Source of the DNA: Chiloscyllium plagiosum
Lineage: Eukaryota
Assembly: GCF_004010195.1 (NCBI RefSeq)
Contig: NW_025214312.1
Span: 1-41,459 of the forward strand
Direction of reading: 5' to 3'
Length of the DNA stretch: 41,459 nt
Part shown: positions 23,901-36,154 of the stretch, in pieces
How positions within the stretch are numbered: the first letter of the stretch is position 1
Layout: the number at the start of each line of letters is the position of its first letter
Notes under the pieces: model-generated
The model's input: the letters and a program-made list of their open reading frames with translations, nothing else
Told to the model about the DNA's origin: nothing
Database searches by the model: none
Translations under genes and position numbers: made by a program

Positions 23901-24121
23901 TTTGTGTAAGTGTTCCAACATATAAGCTATCCCAAAATATTCTTTTCTTTGATTTTAACTAAAGCATTTTAATAAATTATATTTTGCTTAATCTCGAGTG
24001 TTTTGACCAGTCACAACATATCTGTAAGGCACACTTCCCGTCTATATTCAAAATAAGGAAAGGTTTGGGTCTAAGCGGCCTTCTTACAATATTTTGCGGG
24101 GATCTGGTCTGGTCCACAACA
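20944..24121 (+). mobile_element. Internally deleted Gmr1-like Gypsy LTR retrotransposon
   Basis: Homologous LTR-like segments ~20944-21510 and ~23511-24121 (ends ...acaaca). gag remnants at 22320-22765 (KFDEKD, SFEKVAKQM, YELVPEA.RQR.RNLK, LILEK.NNSLP, EMADD). Protease-like LRGTEA at ~22900. RNase H end at 23045-23320 (KEAFSLVLALQHF, TDRDPL, LLLLPFNLKL). Confidence 0.8.
21512..21758 (-). mobile_element. Truncated HE1/V-SINE-like SINE inside the LTR element
   Basis: cccaacaagtccacactgacc...tttggattgtgtgagg matches 1758-2070. Confidence 0.8.
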
Positions 24122-24254
24122 CTTGTACCGAGGGGTTTCTGACTGGCTCCTGTTATTGAAAAATTAGTGGAGGGGCTGGGGATGGTTTGCTGGAGTTTGT
24201 GCTGTGAGCTGCCTCAGACATTCAAGGAGACCTGAGGATTTGGCGACCCAACTC

Positions 24255-25140
24255 TGGAGGGAGCATTGGGACTGTAGTTACAACATCTGAGCCTGCAACA
24301 TGAACAACAAATGGAGCAGAGGCTGCAGAGAAGGGAAGCTCTGAAACCACGGAGTGAGTGTGTGTGGGGAAAGGGATCTGCTGTATCCACCCCAAGTATT
24401 ACAGGAACAGCTTCCCAAACTCCACTTAACCCAGGAGCACAGTGTGAGGGACATTGATTGAACAAGGAGCTGGTCGCAGAGCGGTGTCACCTCCTTCAAC
24501 ACGACCTGCAGCTTCACACCAGGGGGAGGATGGTGCTGCCAGTGGCTGTTCGGGTCACTGTTTCATTCAGCTTCTATGATCCAGAACTTTCCAGGCAGGA
24601 CTAGGTGACATATCCAACATTTCCCAGTATCTCAACATCAATGTTAACCATTCGATGATGGAGGATATATATATGATGGATGAGAAGCTTTGTTTCTCTC
24701 TCAGTAGGGAGCTGCCGGGTGTATTCAGTATTGTGGGATTCCCGATGGCATCTGCAGAGTACCCATGTCAATGGGGAGAGGTAGAGGAACTGAAGGAGCT
24801 CTCTCTCTCTATTAATGTTACAGTATGCCCATGCACAGTACATCATGTTGGTGAATACCCCCTGCCCTGTCAGCAGTCACGGCCTCTTCATTCAGAAGCA
24901 GTCAGCCATTCCCATCATCATCGGGTCTCCATGTAGAAAGAAATGAATATATCTTGGATAAAGGATGTCCCCTTGATGCACGTTTCAAAACACCATCCCC
25001 ACCGCCAATCAACCACATCAAAGTATTCCATGTGCACGGAGAGCAAAAGGGTCACTTGCAGTGTCTGGGAGCTGACGATCAGGGATGGAGCAAAACCTCC
25101 CATGTCTGAACGGATTTTAGTGAACCCCCCAGTACACAGT
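24255..25140 (+). mobile_element. PIF/Harbinger DDE transposase relic (HARBI1-like), many frameshifts and stops
   Basis: Across frames: LYPPQVLQEQ, KELVAERCHLLQHDLQ...LPVAVRVTVSFSFY, FQAGLGDISNISQ, GFPM, STHV (for DCTHV), IMLVNTPCPVSSHGLFIQKQS (for PGSSHD), LDKGCPL (for GDKGYPL). Confidence 0.8.
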
Positions 25141-25169
25141 ATCATTAAGTCCTGTTATCCCTCTCCATT

Positions 25170-26690
25170 TCAGTAACATATTGCTTTCTCTTACTCCTGT
25201 AAATGAAATGACAGGTTATATCATCTTAAATTCCACCTTCCAAACTATTATCTATTGCCTTTACCTCTCTGAATCTACCTGCAGACTCTCCACCTTCCCT
25301 TGATAATTTAATCTCTTGCTTACCACAGCGACATCACCAAACTCAGCATCTATACAATCTGTTCTATCCTCCTGATCATTAATATAGATTGTAAATAGTT
25401 GAGAACCCAGCGCTGGTCACTGTGTGACCCTACTGGTTACGTTCTGTCGAACTGATTGAGACTGATTTATTCTGAGTGCCTGCTTCCGGTATGATACTCA
25501 GTCCTCCCCCATTCCTCGGCAAGACAGTCGAAGAGTTGAATAAGAACAAGGAGCACCTGTGAGGAATCCAACCCCTCGATGAGGCTGATGTCAACGCGGC
25601 CTCTGTTCCACTTTCCTGCCATATCTCCATCCTAAAACTCTAGTTTATTGTTGTCGATTGTGCCACATGAAAAAGAAATCCACTCCACATCGACACTTTC
25701 AATTACTTTTAGCATTATACAGACCTCAATGAGATCTCCTTTCATTCTTATAAACTCGAGAGTATAGGCCTAAACTGCTCAATTTATCTTCATAAGACAA
25801 ACACTTCAATTATGGAATCAATCTAATGAAGCTCTTCTGAATTGCCTCCAATGGAAATCCTCATTCTGCAGGACACCCAAACTGTACTCCAGTTGCAGCC
25901 TCATTAATGCCTTGCATAGCTACACGAACACTCCCTACCATTCTACTCTATGCTTTTATAAATAAACACTAAAATTATGCTTGCATTTCTCATTACTTAC
26001 AGTACCCGCAGGCATGTTTTCTGTGATATGCAAGCAGACACCCAGATCCTTCTGCACCTAACCACTTTGAAAAGTTATCTCCATTTAGATAATAATTTGT
26101 CTTTCTATGAAACTGGCCAACTTGAATAGCCCATATTTATTCACTTTAATTTTCCTTGCTAAATGTTGGCCCATTCATCCAACCTGTCCATATAGTTTTA
26201 AATCTCTTGTATCATCATTCCGAAGTAATTTCCTACCAATGTTAGTGTCATCTGAAAATGTGGCACCGTATTTTCTATCCCGTCAACCGAGTACAGTACT
26301 ACCATCGATCGCAAATGGTTGAGGCATGAGTACTGAAATCAATGGCACCCCACAAATTGCATTCGCCAAAAGAAAATGACACATCTATTCCATCGGACTC
26401 CATTTTGTTGGTGAACCAAACCTCCATACAACCTAATAAATTGCTCCTAAACCCATGTTGTCTGATCTTACCATTTACTCTCTGGACAAGCGAAATATCG
26501 GATGCCTTCAGGAAGACCAGATATATTCCATCTCCAGGATTCCCACGATCCATATTGTTTATGACATCTTCAAATAACTCAAGCAAACAATTCAAACACG
26601 ATTTAGCCTTCGTAAAACCATGTTGACTCTGAAGAATTGTGGTTTAATTTTGCAAATGTCCTGAACAATGGACTCTAACAATTTGCCTTA
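25170..26690 (-). mobile_element. Old CR1 fragments (at least two)
   Basis: ORF 26299-26595 (NCLLELFEDV...IYLVFLKASD). CR1 3'-region similarity at 25540-26000. Confidence 0.75.
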
Positions 26691-26829
26691 AATTACAATT
26701 GTTTATTGTTACACTTTAGTCCCTAATGTATACCATTATTATAAGCTCTTCCCTTTCGAAACCCTTTGCGTTTACTTTGAATTCCTATTTAATGGGCAAA
26801 CGTTTTTAAGAGATCTGATCCAAATGCTA

Positions 26830-27540
26830 TGCAAGAGCCATGTGTGGCTGAATGGACTCATCATTCTGCTCGTGTCCAAAATCGATGGGCTGATGTCTTT
26901 CTGGTGTTCCCATGTTGTCGTCTCCAAGGCCAGAATGACCTCTTCGCGTTGATGCTTTAGAGGAGTGGGAGATTATGGAATCTTCCTGTTGCTGTGTAAT
27001 ATTTTGAGGGGCTGATGGGTCTTCTCATACTTCTCCATAACAGGTGGATATACTGAATGATCTCCTCATGTATCCCAGATATGGGACCGAGGGATTGATT
27101 GGTCTTCTCTTGTTCCCATACAAGAGACACGTGTCTAAATTACCTCTTCCTTTCTCATGAAAGAAGTCTCAGATAGTGTTTATCCTTATCCAATTCCCTT
27201 GCAATAAGCTCGGTGGGTCTGAATGGCCTCCTGTTATCCCAATGTAACAATCTCCAGTCACTGTGTGATCTCTTCCAATTCCTATCTTACAGACCTGAGG
27301 AGGCTGAATGGGCTGATCTCGTTGCTGTTTAACAGGATACTGGTGAAGCATGGCCTCTTATAGGCTCGAGTCGCTGATTGGCCTCCTTCTGTAAATGTAT
27401 ATCAGGGTCCAGGGGCTGAATAGCTTCGTCCTGTTTTGGTGTAACAGGTTCGAAGGCCTGAATATCCTCCTGTTGTTCCTGTATAACAGGCTGGAGAATG
27501 GAATGAATTCCTCCACTATCTGTGTAATTCGCTTCACTTG
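26830..27540. repeat. Degenerate ~42-bp minisatellite
   Basis: Recurring gggctgaatggcctcctcctgttcctgtgtaacaggctcga-like unit. Confidence 0.75.
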
Positions 27541-28434
27541 TTAACTCCTTCTGTCATCTATTTTTAAATACGATCATCTTCAATTTTTCTAAACTCCAAT
27601 GGCTACTGGGTCAACCTGATACCCTTTCGTTATAAGCTAGCACCTTCATTGCAGGAATCAGTTGAGGGAACCATCTCTTAGCTGCTTCCAATATAACAAC
27701 ATCCTTTCTTCATAGAAGGGGCTAAATCTGTACATACTACTCCAGATGTGATCTCTCTGGACAGCAGCAGCAACACTTTACCAGCCTGCTGTAAAGTTCC
27801 CACCCAGGTTATAGCTGTCTCAGCTCTCTGGGCGAATACAGAGCATTGTTGGAAGATCATTGTCCTGCTCTACTCCATCAGCATAACGGGAGATCTGGAG
27901 AAATTAAAGTTTGAGAAGATCATAAATGATGTGGCGAGATGATCTCTACCATTAATCTCCCCAGAGCCCACGTCGCTCAGATTCCACAGAATCTAGTAAG
28001 GTGGAGCGCAAAAACAGCAAGGAGGAGCAAACATTGATGGGAGTTATATATCAAAGTGAAAGCTGCAGTACAAATGCTGGACATGTTATAAAACAGGAAA
28101 TGATATATACACATTTGTGGGTACTGCCATAATAATGTACTGTTTACATTATATCTAAACTGTGTTAACCCAATTGAATGCTAATGCTGGGAAAAATGGA
28201 TTTCATGACCACGTGTGAGACGGTTTACATGAACATTATGTCGAGCACTGAGCTCGAGATCAGGTTATTTAGGAATTGGTGTTGAGTGATCAGAAGAGCT
28301 AATTGAAAATTTTGCTGAAAAGGACCTTTTGGGAACAGTGACCACAATGTCTTTTATGCTGTTTGAGTACACGACAGTTTTTTTTTTATTTGCAGTAACC
28401 GTTATAAATCTGAGTCATGCAAGCCATGAAGGTG

Positions 28435-29030
28435 TGAGGAGAAAGTGGGGACTACAGATGCTGGAGATCAGAATCGAAGAGTGAATGAAGTTTATGGGCC
28501 AAGGGGGCTGAGAGACAAATGAGAAGGGCTGAGGCAGGGAGGAGGTAGCTGGGATTGCGATAGGTAGATGAAGGTGGGGTTGAAAGTGATAGGTGACGAA
28601 GGGAGACAGAACACCTCATCTACTGCGTCCATTAAACCCAATGTCGTTTTCTCTACATTGGCAAAGCAGGAGGTCAAATTGTGGATCATTTCAGAGAACA
28701 TCTCTGGGACCGCCATATTGAACAAATCCATCACCTTTTGGCTGAGCACTTCAATTCCCCTTCCCACTCTGCCAAGGACATGAGGATCCTGGGCTTGCTC
28801 CATCGCCAAACCCGAGCCACCAGAAGCCTGGAGGAAGAAAGCCTCCTCTTCTGCCATGGGACCCTCCAACCACAGGGGATCACAGTGGATACCACCATTT
28901 CCCCTAATCCCACCTTATCCGACTCCAAACTTCCAAATCAGCAAAGCCCTTTTGAACGCTCCTATCAATCTGGTCAACGCTTCTTCCTCTCAGACTATCA
29001 CTTTCAACCCCACCTTCATCTTCCTATTAG
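28435..29030 (+). mobile_element. Penelope-like fragment (GIY-YIG) with an inverted 5' pLTR piece
   Basis: 28610-28890 reads HLIYCVH*TQCRFLYIGK...FREHL...AEHFNSPSHS...EE..L...GTLQPQGI. 28560-28592 is the inverse of 28996-29028. Confidence 0.85.
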
Positions 29031-30554
29031 ATGAAAGGAGGCAGCTTAGAAAAATGCCAAGTGTTGCAGTAAGCCAGTGGATTCAAAGAGATATAGGACC
29101 CAGCAAAGGATGACCAAGAAACTGAGAAGAAAGTCAGAAAGAGAAAAATCGTGCAAATGAAAGAAAAACATAAAGACTGCTAAAAAGCGTATATCAATGT
29201 ATGAAATAAATAAAAATAAAGTCCAATGTGGAACAGTTGGTGTGCGTTCAGTATAATTTATTGCAGAGAACAGAGAAATCGCAGGGAAAAGAAACAATTT
29301 CTTTGTGTCTATCTTCATGGCAGAATGTCCAGAAATACTTCCAAAAATACCAAGTGACCACGGGACCTGTGTAATTAAAGCCTAAGACCATTCTAATCAA
29401 TGTTGAGGTCATCTTTGAAAAGATGGCTGGATTGAGTATTTATAAATCTGACAGTCCAGATGTACTTCATACAAGAATTTCAGAGGAAGCAGCAATAGAC
29501 ATGTTGATTGTATCGCAGATTTTCACTTTATTTTCCGACACATTCCCGAAAGGCATTTAGCCAATCTGGACAAGGCAAAGGTTATAAATATTATCCAACA
29601 GTTTAAGAAAAGATGAATTTGGAGAATGGTGAACGACAGACCAGTTATCTTGTCATCTGCAGTCATGTATCTGTTGGACTCGATTACAAAGAACATGCTA
29701 CTAGATATTTAGTAGGTAATAACATAACTGGGGAGTATGAGAATGTACCGATGAAAGGAAAACCAGAAGTGGCAAACATATTTTTGGAATGGTTTGAAGA
29801 TGATTCTTTTGGACAAAGGCAATGATGAACCATTGGATAACGTATAGTTGGATATTCATGAGCTTTTTTTAAATAACTCACACAGCAAGTTCATAAGAAA
29901 CATTAAAGCGAGAGGTATTGGGCAGAACATATGCAAATGCGAAAGTAAAAATTAGGTTTACATTCACGTGAATGTAATTGTAAGATAGAGGATGTCGTGC
30001 AACCGTTGCATCGAGCGTTGGTGAGACTAAACGTAGAATATTTTGTATCGTTCGGAGTCCCAATCTAAGAAAGAATATATTGACTACAGAGGAACTTTAA
30101 AAGGTATTATCCAGATTAATCCATAAAATGGCAATACTGTCTGATGGGGAACCTCAGCCTGTAATCTCGAGTTTCAAAACGTGAGAGTTGATTGTAGTGA
30201 ATCTTAGAAACATCGAAAGGACTGAATAACAGAGGGGCATGAAGAAATACAAGTAGGAGAGATCAGGAAGAATCCCACGATATTCTATACGGACAAGTAG
30301 AACAGAATAATCAGCAAACAGTTAGTGTCCATTTGAAACCAAAGGGGCAATCTGTTTGTCAAGCTGGAGAACATTGATGGATTGTTACATGAGACCTTCA
30401 CATCTATTTTACTTGGGAGAAGGAGGAGGCAGGTACAGAATTCAAGAAGATGAACTAGGAAGGTCTTGAAAAGATTAATGTAAAATACGAGCAGGGATTT
30501 GAGGTTTTGTTCTGTACAAATTTGGACCAATCTCCATGCCTGAATGAGTTGTAT

Positions 30555-30770
30555 TCTTTGAGGAGAAAGTGAGGTCTGCAGATGCTGGAGATCAGAGTTG
30601 AAAATGTGTTGCTGGAAAAGCGCAGCAGGTCAGGCAGCATCCAGGGAACAGCAGAATCGACGATTTGGGCATAAGCCCTTCTTCAGGAAGAAGGGCTTAT
30701 GCCCGTTGATTCTCCTGTTCCCTGGATGCTGCCTGACCTGCTGCGCTTTTCCAGCAACACATTTTCAGCT
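30555..30770 (-). mobile_element. Fold-back Penelope-derived mini-element with 15-bp TSD and degenerate HHR
   Basis: Arms ~30593-30684 and 30687-30773. TSD ctgaatgagttgtat at 30540-30554 and 30771-30785. Minus strand CTGAAGA-A-GGGC-TTAT-GCCC-AAAT-CG-TC. Confidence 0.88.
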
Positions 30771-31639
30771 CTGAATGAGTTGTATCACAGGCGGCTGTTG
30801 GTGTCAAAGGAGGAAAGACCCTGACTGAATATTTTAATTAGAATCTGACCATAGGGGAGGTGTAGAGAACTGGAGAACTGCTAATACGATTCCACCTCAC
30901 AGTTAGGGTAGGAGAGATAGACCAGGGAACTATAGACGAGCGAGTATTAGATCACCGTTAAGGAAACTACTGGATAAAATAGGGAAGGAAAAAATCGAAC
31001 TCCAATCAGAGTTCGCAAGGTTTGATCAGGGATAATCATCATGACTTTATCAGGAGAAAGTCACATCCAATGGATTTGATTGAATTAGTTTGAGGAGGTC
31101 GATTATTTAGTTTTGTAGAAAGGCCTTTGAAAATTTTCCACCTGGGAAACTGAAAAATATAATAAAATCTCACAATATGGTGAATAACTTGACAAGTTAC
31201 AATGACAATTGCCTTAATAGCAGGAGACAGATGGTGGTAGGAGAAAGCTGTTTGTGTGACTGGAGACCAGTGTCCCCTGGTGTACCACAGAGATCAGTGT
31301 TGTGTCCCTTATTATTTGTGTTATTTATAACAAAATATAAATCTGAATGTGGAGGGGGTTAGGTGGAGAAATGGGAAGGTGTGATAAGTAAGTGTATGTT
31401 TGACATAAAGATTGCCTGGGTGGTTAGCAGTGAGGGGAAGGCCTTAAGTTACAGAAACATGCAGATGGAATGGCCAGATGGGCACATCAATGGCAGATAG
31501 AATGTAACTCTGATAAATATGAGCTGATGCACTTTGGGAGAAGGAACCCGGCAGGGGAGGACTCAATGATTGGCAGCACACTGGGAAGCTCAGTTTGTGC
31601 TTCTCCACACATCCCTGAATGTGACTGGACAGGGTAATG

Positions 31640-31842
31640 CTTAAAAATTGTTGCTAGAAAAGCGCAGCAGGTCAGGTAGCATCAAAGGAGCAGGAGAATC
31701 GATGTTTTGGGCAGATTCCTGAAGAAGGCTTATGCCCAAAACGTTGATTCTGCTGCTCCTTTGATGCTGCCTGACCTGCTGTGCTTTTCCAGCAACACAT
31801 TTTTAAGCTCTGATCTCCAGCATCTGCATTCCTCACTTTCTC
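31640..31842 (+). mobile_element. Fold-back Penelope-derived mini-element with 15-bp TSD and degenerate HHR
   Basis: Same family as 30555-30770, opposite orientation. TSD ctggacagg(g/t)taatg at 31625-31639 and 31843-31857. CTGAAGA at 31719-31725, then AAAA-CG-TT. Confidence 0.85.
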
Positions 31843-33469
31843 CTGGACAGGTTAATGGACTAGTTAAGAATTGGACCTTGGGTGCAGCGTTTCCTAATCA
31901 GGGTGTAGATTATAAGAGCAATACAGGGCTTTGGTTCGGCTAAAATGGAGTACTGTATGTAGCTACGGGAACCACATTCCAGGAAGGATGTAATTGTACT
32001 GGAGAGGGTGCAGAGGTGATTCACCAGGATGTTCCCTGGNNNNNNNNNNNNNNNNNNNNNNNNNNNNNNNNNNNNNNNNNNNNNNNNNNNNNNNNNNNNN
32101 NNNNNNNNNNNNNNNNNNNNNNNNNNNNNNNNNNNNNNNNNNNNNNNNNNNNNNNNNNNNNNNNNNNNNNNNNNNNNNNNNNNNNNNNNNNNNNNNNNNN
32201 NNNNNNNNNNNNNNNNNNNNNNNNNNNNNNNNNNNNNNNNNNNNNNNNNNNNNNNNNNNNNNNNNNNNNNNNNNNNNNNNNNNNNNNNNNNNNNNNNNNN
32301 NNNNNNNNNNNNNNNNNNNNNNNNNNNNNNNNNNNNNNNNNNNNNNNNNNNNNNNNNNNNNNNNNNNNNNNNNNNNNNNNNNNNNNNNNNNNNNNNNNNN
32401 NNNNNNNNNNNNNNNNNNNNNNNNNNNNNNNNNNNNNNNNNNNNNNNNNNNNNNNNNNNNNNNNNNNNNNNNNNNNNNNNNNNNNNNNNNNNNNNNNNNN
32501 NNNNNNNNNNNNNNNNNNNNNNNNNNNNNNNNNNNNNNNNNNNNNNNNNNNNNNNNNNNNNNNNNNNNNNNNNNNNNNNNNNNNNNNNNNNNNNNNNNNN
32601 NNNNNNNNNNNNNNNNNNNNNNNNNNNNNNNNNNNNNNNNNNNNNNNNNNNNNNNNNNNNNNNNNNNNNNNNNNNNNNNNNNNNNNNNNNNNNNNNNNNN
32701 NNNNNNNNNNNNNNNNNNNNNNNNNNNNNNNNNNNNNNNNNNNNNNNNNNNNNNNNNNNNNNNNNNNNNNNNNNNNNNNNNNNNNNNNNNNNNNNNNNNN
32801 NNNNNNNNNNNNNNNNNNNNNNNNNNNNNNNNNNNNNNNNNNNNNNNNNNNNNNNNNNNNNNNNNNNNNNNNNNNNNNNNNNNNNNNNNNNNNNNNNNNN
32901 NNNNNNNNNNNNNNNNNNNNNNNNNNNNNNNNNNNNNNNNNNNNNNNNNNNTGTTAAATTATGTCAGTGTGAGAAATATGAGAAAACAAGTGCAGTTTCC
33001 TTACAGTTTGAAACCAGAGAATGGAGAATGGGGAACACGGAAATGGCAGAACTATGAAGCCACTACTTCAGTTCTGTCTTCACAGAACTTTCTAACAATA
33101 CCAGGAAAACCGAGTCTGGTGTGGGGAAAATGATGGAGTACATGGAACAATAAACATAGTAAGTAAATGGTTTCGCAGAAATTATTATTGCTGGTCATAG
33201 ACAGCATTAACATAGATTTATGAAATGGGAATTATGTTTGAGAAACAAACTGGGAGACAAATGAAAGAGAAGCAATGGATGTAAAACATTTTGATTTTTA
33301 GGAAAATGTTGGTAAAGCTCCAAGCCCAATTTGCAAAATCAATTCTGAGTGGATTGGGGCTAATATATGGGCATGTTTCTAGAATGGGACGGCTGGCAGG
33401 AAACAGTGAATAGAAATAAACAGACTCGTCAAGTAATAGCCTGACATTTTCTGAAAGGTATGATTCTGT

Positions 33470-36152
33470 GAGTATGACTATGTCCCAGACTCCCCATTAC
33501 CTTCCCCGGATATCTCCTGTCTCATCAGCAGGACCGACACAGTAGAAGTGGCGGTACAGTGGGATACAGTTGGAAGGGAATTGCTCTTGGAGTCCTCAAC
33601 AGTGACTCCGTTTCCCATGAAGTCTCATGGCATTAGTTTGCACATGGGAAAGGAAACCTCCTGCTGATTACCATATACCAGCCTCTCTCAACTGATGAAT
33701 CAGTACTCCTCCATGCTGACCAACACTTGGAGGAAGCACTGAGGGTAGCACGTACGCAAGAAGTACTCTGGGTGGGGGATTTCAATGTTCATCACCAACG
33801 GTATCTCAGCTACATCATTACTGATCGAGCTGGCCGTGTCCTAAAGGATATAACTGGCGGCAGGTGGTGAAGGAACCAACAAGAGGAAAATACATACTTG
33901 ACCACAGCCTTCCTAATCTGCCAGTTGCAGAAGTATCTGTCCATGACAGTATCGGTAAGAGTGACCACCGCATAGTCATTGCGGAGACAAAGTCACACCT
34001 GCATACTGAGAATAACCTCCACCATTTTGGGTGGTACTATCACGGTGCTTAATAGGGCAGACTTCGAACAGATCTAGAAGCTCAAATCTGGGTGTTCATA
34101 AGGTGTTGTGGGTCATTAATAGCAGTGGCATTGTATTCCCACATAACCTCATGGCCTGGCATATCCCCTCGCAACAATTACCATCAATCCAGAGGATCAA
34201 CCTTGGTTCAATGGAGTGTGCAGGATGGCAGGAGCAGCACCAGGCATTCCTGACAATGAGGTGAGAGCCTGGTGATGCCACCAAACAGGACAACGTGTGT
34301 GCCAAACAGCAGAAGCAGTAAGTGATAGACAGAGTTAAGTGATCCCACAAGCAACGGATCAGATCTCAGCTCTGCAGTCCTTCCACATCTCGCCGAGAAA
34401 CATTGGGGACAATTAAACAATTCACTGGAGGAAGAGATCCCACAAATAACCCCTTCCTCCATGATGGAAGAGCCCAGCACTTCACTGTATAAGATAAGGC
34501 TGATGCATTCGCAACAATCTTCAGTCAGAAGTGCTGAGTGGATGATCCATTTCAGCTCCCTCCAGTGGTCCTCAGCAATTCAGTTACCCGTCATCAAACA
34601 ATTCGATTAAGTCCACGCGATATCCAGAAATGATTGGAGATACTGGATACTCCAAATGGTCCATAATCTGACAACATTGTGGCAATAGAACTGAATGCTT
34701 GTGCTCCATAACTTGCCAATCCCCTAGACAAACTGTTTCAATACAGTTACTACAATGGTTTTCCCCGATTATGTAGAAAATTACCCAAGCATCTCCTGTA
34801 TATAAAAAGCAAAACAAATCCAATCCGGCCAATTACCACTCCATCAGTCTACTCTCGATCATCAGTAAAGTGGTGGAAGGTCTCAGTGCTTTTAAGCAGC
34901 ACCTGCTCAGCAATAACCTGCTCAATGACGACCAATGTGGGCTCCACAAGGGCCACTCAGCTCCTGACCTCATTACCGTTGTTCAAACATGGACAACAGA
35001 GTTGAATTACAGAGGTGGGGTGATAGTGACAGCCCTTTAAATCAAGGCTGAATTCGACCCTGTGTGCTATCAAGGGGCCTTAGCAACACTGGAATCAATG
35101 GGTATCAGAGGCAAACTCCCCGCTGGTTAGAATCGTATCTGACACGTAGGAAGATGGTCACGGTTGATAAAGGTCAGTCAACTCAGTTCCAAGTCTGCAG
35201 GAGTCCCTCGAGCAGTGGCCAAAAACATCTTCAGGGCTGCTTCATCAATGACCTTCCCTCCATTTTAAGGTGAGAAGTGGGGATGTTCGCCAATGATTGT
35301 ACAATGTTCTGCAACATTTGTGGCTCGTCAGATACTGAAGCAGTCCATGTTCAATTACAACAAGATCTGGACAGTATCCAGGCTGACAAACGGCAAGTAA
35401 TATTCAGGCCACACAAATGCTAGACCATGACCATCACCAATAAAATACAATCTAACATGCCCCTTGGTATTCAATGGTGTTACTATCACTGAGTCCCCCA
35501 GTATCAAAGTCCTAGTGGGTAATCATTGCTCAGAAACTCACTGGTCTCGCCACATAAACACAGGTCAGGAGCTTGGAATACTGTGGCGAGTAACTCACAT
35601 CCTGATTTCCAAAAGTCTGTCCATCATCCACAATGCCTAAGTCGGAAGTGTGATAGAAGACTCCCAATTTGCCTGGATGAGTGCAGCCCCAACAACAATC
35701 AAGAAGCTTTATACCATCCAGGACAAAGCAACCAGTTTGATTGTCCCTTCATCCACAATGCTCCACCATCAACGGTCAGCAACAGCGCAGTGTTTTACTA
35801 TCTACATGCTGCAGTGAAATGATTCATCAAAGATCCTCAGAGACCACCTTCCCAACTGACGACCATGTCTATCTCGAAGGACAAGGGCTGCAGATGTATG
35901 GAAATGCCATCATCTTTAGGTTCCCTCCAAGCCATTCACCATCCTGACTTGGAAATATATCACCGCTCCTTCACAGTCACTGGTTCAGAATCCTGGAATT
36001 CTCTCCCTAATGGCATAGGAGGTCAATCACAGCAGGTGGACTGCAGCATTCAACAAGGCAGCTCACCACCACCTTCTCAAGGGCAACTAGGGTCAGGTAA
36101 TAAATGCTGGCCCAGACAGTGACACCCAGATTCACGAAATAAGTAAATAGAA
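33470..36152 (+). mobile_element. Near-complete decayed ORF2 of a second CR1-group LINE family
   Basis: Endonuclease motifs (TFPGY, GDFNVHH, VKEPTRGKYILD, IGKSDH). RT motifs (NPANYHSISLL, KAEFDPV, INDLPS, MFANDC). 3' end with aataaa and A-rich tail. Confidence 0.85.
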
Positions 36153-36154
36153 AT

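Larger units (their letters stand above)
27900..33440 (+). mobile_element. Composite of old plus-strand CR1 fragments hosting younger PLE insertions, spanning a gap
   Basis: ORF 31177 (DWRPVSPGVPQRSVLCPLLF). ttgggaacagtgaccacaat (LGNSDHN) at ~28330. PGNYRRASI at ~30922. Confidence 0.75.

Noticed and set aside
24214..25145. Minus-strand ORFs as a host gene
   Set aside because: They are the antisense of the Harbinger transposase relic.
30655..30690. Active ribozyme in the 30.6-kb and 31.7-kb fold-back copies
   Set aside because: The essential GAAA is mutated (AAAT, AAAA), so they are recorded only as degenerate motifs.
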